A stretch of 64,000 nt of DNA, taken from positions 13,131 to 77,130 of the forward strand of contig CBFIGQ010000047.1 in the NCBI GenBank assembly GCA_965662335.1, given 5' to 3'. Below the pieces are notes generated by a model. It searched no databases. It saw only the letters and a program-made list of their open reading frames with translations, and was not told where the DNA came from. Within the stretch, counting starts at the first letter, position 1. Each line of letters opens with the position of its first letter. This stretch comes from Minisyncoccia bacterium. GTDB taxonomy: Bacteria; Patescibacteriota; Minisyncoccia; Phycocordibacterales; UBA9973. Made by a program: the position numbers and the translations under genes. Of this stretch, positions 62,110 to 64,000 are shown in pieces.

Positions 62110-62158
62110 TATGTCTATAGAGCTTGCAAATTGTTCACCAGAAGGGTACACTCAAAGT

Positions 62159-62224
62159 GTACCCTTCTGTCGCTTCGGTGGCAGGACGCGAAACCGCAAC
62201 ATATGTTGCGGTTTCTGCATTTTG
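62159..62224 (+). ncRNA. Candidate ~65-nt sRNA upstream of the NYN gene
   Basis: TTGCAA-N17-TACACT promoter; 9-bp cUUCGg hairpin with G-U pairs; 26-bp palindrome followed by a short T-run. Confidence 0.5.
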
Positions 62225-62241
62225 AGCCTATGCTTTAAGGT

Positions 62242-62865
62242 ATGAAAATGAACGTCTATATCGACAGTTTCAACCTTTATTATGGCTGCCTCAAAAAGAA
62301 TTCATCAGTGAAATGGCTTGATATCTCCAAGCTGTGTCAGTTTCTTTTCCCAAAGGATACTGTCCAAAAAATAAAATACTATACAGCTGCGGTTAAACTT
62401 CGCCCAAATGATCCTGATACCGATAAGCCCAATAGACAACAAATCCATTTCAGAGCACTCCGTACTTTACCAACATTGGAATTATTTTATGGAACATTCC
62501 TTTCCCATACTGTTTCTATGAAGCGGGCGGATGGAAAGGGGTATGCTGATGTGATCAAGACGGAAGAGAAAGGAACTGACGTGAGTATAGCGACTCATTT
62601 GGTACATGATGCTCACAATAAAGACTTCGAAATAGCTGTGGTGGTATCAAATGATTCCGATCTTGTCGAACCAATCAGGATTGTTACTCAAGAACTTAAA
62701 CTCCCGGTGATTGTGGTAAGTCCGTTTGAACGAAACTCGATAGAATTGAAAAAGATAGCAAGCTCGGTGCGCCATATTCGTAATGGTGTGCTTCGGGTCA
62801 GTCAGTTTCCATTTGAACTTGAAGATGAAGTGGGGAAGTTTACAAAACCAGATACTTGGAAATAA
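62242..62865 (+). CDS. NYN/LabA-DUF88 (PIN-like) nuclease
   Basis: VYIDSFNLYYG, EEKGTDV, VSNDSDL acidic catalytic motifs intact. Confidence 0.9.
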   Translation: MKMNVYIDSFNLYYGCLKKNSSVKWLDISKLCQFLFPKDTVQKIKYYTAAVKLRPNDPDTDKPNRQQIHFRALRTLPTLELFYGTFLSHTVSMKRADGKGYADVIKTEEKGTDVSIATHLVHDAHNKDFEIAVVVSNDSDLVEPIRIVTQELKLPVIVVSPFERNSIELKKIASSVRHIRNGVLRVSQFPFELEDEVGKFTKPDTWK

Positions 62866-62869
62866 ATCC

Positions 62870-62965
62870 ATGCAACAATTCGGCCGCAAGAAGCTTCAAG
62901 AGCAGGATGCCAAGAAGCCAAAGGTGATGGTGATGGGAGAGGTGTGCGTGAACTGTGAAGCGTAA
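62870..62965 (+). repeat. Diverged copy of the nrdA 3' end (61564-61656), readable as a 31-aa ORF
   Basis: 30 identical amino acids plus stop; 14 nucleotide differences in 93 nt, all synonymous. Confidence 0.92.
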
Positions 62966-63019
62966 TCGCAATCAATAAATAAGAAAAACCACAGATATTA
63001 TTCTGCGGTTTTTAAATTT

Positions 63020-63407
63020 TCAGGGAATGGCCCTTAATTTTCTGTAAGAAGGGTTGCCATCAAATTGAGATTTATCAATAAAAGCAATTGAAGACTCACC
63101 TTCAGCACTTCCGGTATCAATGATAACTTCTGTATCATCACATACCCATATTGCCTCATCTGCACAAAGATGTTTTTTATCTTTAAGATAAAACTGGAGA
63201 ATAGTGTTTGCTCTGAGGTCATTTAATCCAGAATAGACATCGGTGATTGTATAACAAAGGTCGCTTTCATGCAGCATTTTGTTTTCTACAAAGTGATTAT
63301 CTATCTTTAAGTGAGATTTGTTTTGAAAGCTCCTTAAAATAAAAATGGTAATTGCTTTGATAACTTCAGAATTATGAGGGCCATCTTTTTTGAAAATGTT
63401 TTTGCAT
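63020..63407 (-). pseudogene. AT-rich ORFan with +1 frameshift in an A5 run after the start codon
   Basis: TTGACA-N17-TATAAT upstream; ATG 63407 is one base out of frame with an open frame running into ORF 63020-63277. Confidence 0.6.
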
Positions 63408-63483
63408 AGTTGTATAATTTGAAATTATTATATCATTTAATAATAATATTGTCAATATAATCTAAATATGCTATAAATCCTTT

Positions 63484-63801
63484 GTTGCACCGCACGATCG
63501 CGTCCGCCAGCTGGCGGATGAGGAAAGTCCGAACACACAACAGTTCATTCTGTACAGGTAGCGGGTAATGCCCGTCTGGCGCAAGCCAAGGACTGCGAAC
63601 AGTGACGAATCTTTGATGAGTAAGGGGTCTTGACCTGAGCTTGTCGAAGGGTGAAACGGCTAAATGTCTACCCGTGTGCAAGGCCGTGCCAGATATCCAC
63701 GTGGTCTCTGGAGTGCTGCTACAGGTGTTTGGTAACAAACATCGCAGATAAATGATCGAACTATCAATTGATAGCAACAGAATTCGGCTTACGAGTGCAA
63801 C
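63484..63801 (+). ncRNA. rnpB: RNase P RNA
   Basis: GAGGAAAGTCCG ... ACAGAATTCGGCTTA (P4); P1 GTTGCAC/GTGCAAC; GGGTGAAACGG, GTGCAAG, AGATAAATGATCG. Confidence 0.96.
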
Positions 63802-63807
63802 ATCATG

Positions 63808-63836
63808 AAAAACTTCTGCTTTACGCAGAAGTTTTT
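63808..63836 (+). terminator. rnpB terminator
   Basis: AAAACTTCTGC-TTTAC-GCAGAAGTTTT. Confidence 0.85.
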
Positions 63837-64000
63837 CTTTTGAGTGGATTGACTTTTACAAAAAATTTTTCTATACTCTGTAGGTGAGTTAGATTCCACA
63901 AGTTTTTAACACACAAATGCCCGACAAAATCCCCGCAAGGGGATTTTGTCTTTGTGGTGTTGTGTTTATAATAGATTTTTGTATACTAAAAGAGTTCGTG

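Noticed and set aside
62783-62869. 60-aa ORF overlapping the NYN end
   Set aside because: Its first half is an alternative frame of NYN; only the nrdA-like part from 62870 is meaningful
61564-62965. nrdA-tail repeat pair as a DGR template/variable repeat
   Set aside because: Differences are all synonymous third-position changes, not adenine-specific, and no reverse transcriptase is present in the window

Overview
64-kb chromosomal window of a Patescibacteria/CPR bacterium (Parcubacteria-like gene set, code 11). Housekeeping genes: recA, ftsK, rplJ-rplL with L10 leader, rodA, secD/secF, lemA-htpX, tRNA-Ser(GGA), UvrD/PD-(D/E)XK helicase-nuclease, gyrB, an editing-domain-less thrS, rpmF-nusB(NUDIX fusion)-rnc, a short hinge-less smc, murF, a class Id-like nrdB(ATP-cone)-nrdA pair and rnpB. 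There is also a surface-protein/glycosylation locus. The rRNA genes are unlinked: 23S-5S at ~22-26 kb and 16S at ~56-58 kb, each with its own promoter. The 16S lacks the anti-Shine-Dalgarno motif and many genes look leaderless. The 23S carries a canonical ORF-less group I intron at L2593 and a 209-nt group I-derived insertion at L1931 that appears to lack the whole P4-P6 domain. The most striking accessory feature is at 61.5-63.8 kb: a promoter-sRNA-terminator-NYN nuclease unit sits inside a diverged duplication of the nrdA 3' end and the rnpB 5' end. Single-gene AT-rich ORFan cassettes, several with Bacteroidota-like signal peptides, are scattered between core genes. All calls come from reading the sequence by eye; no searches were run.
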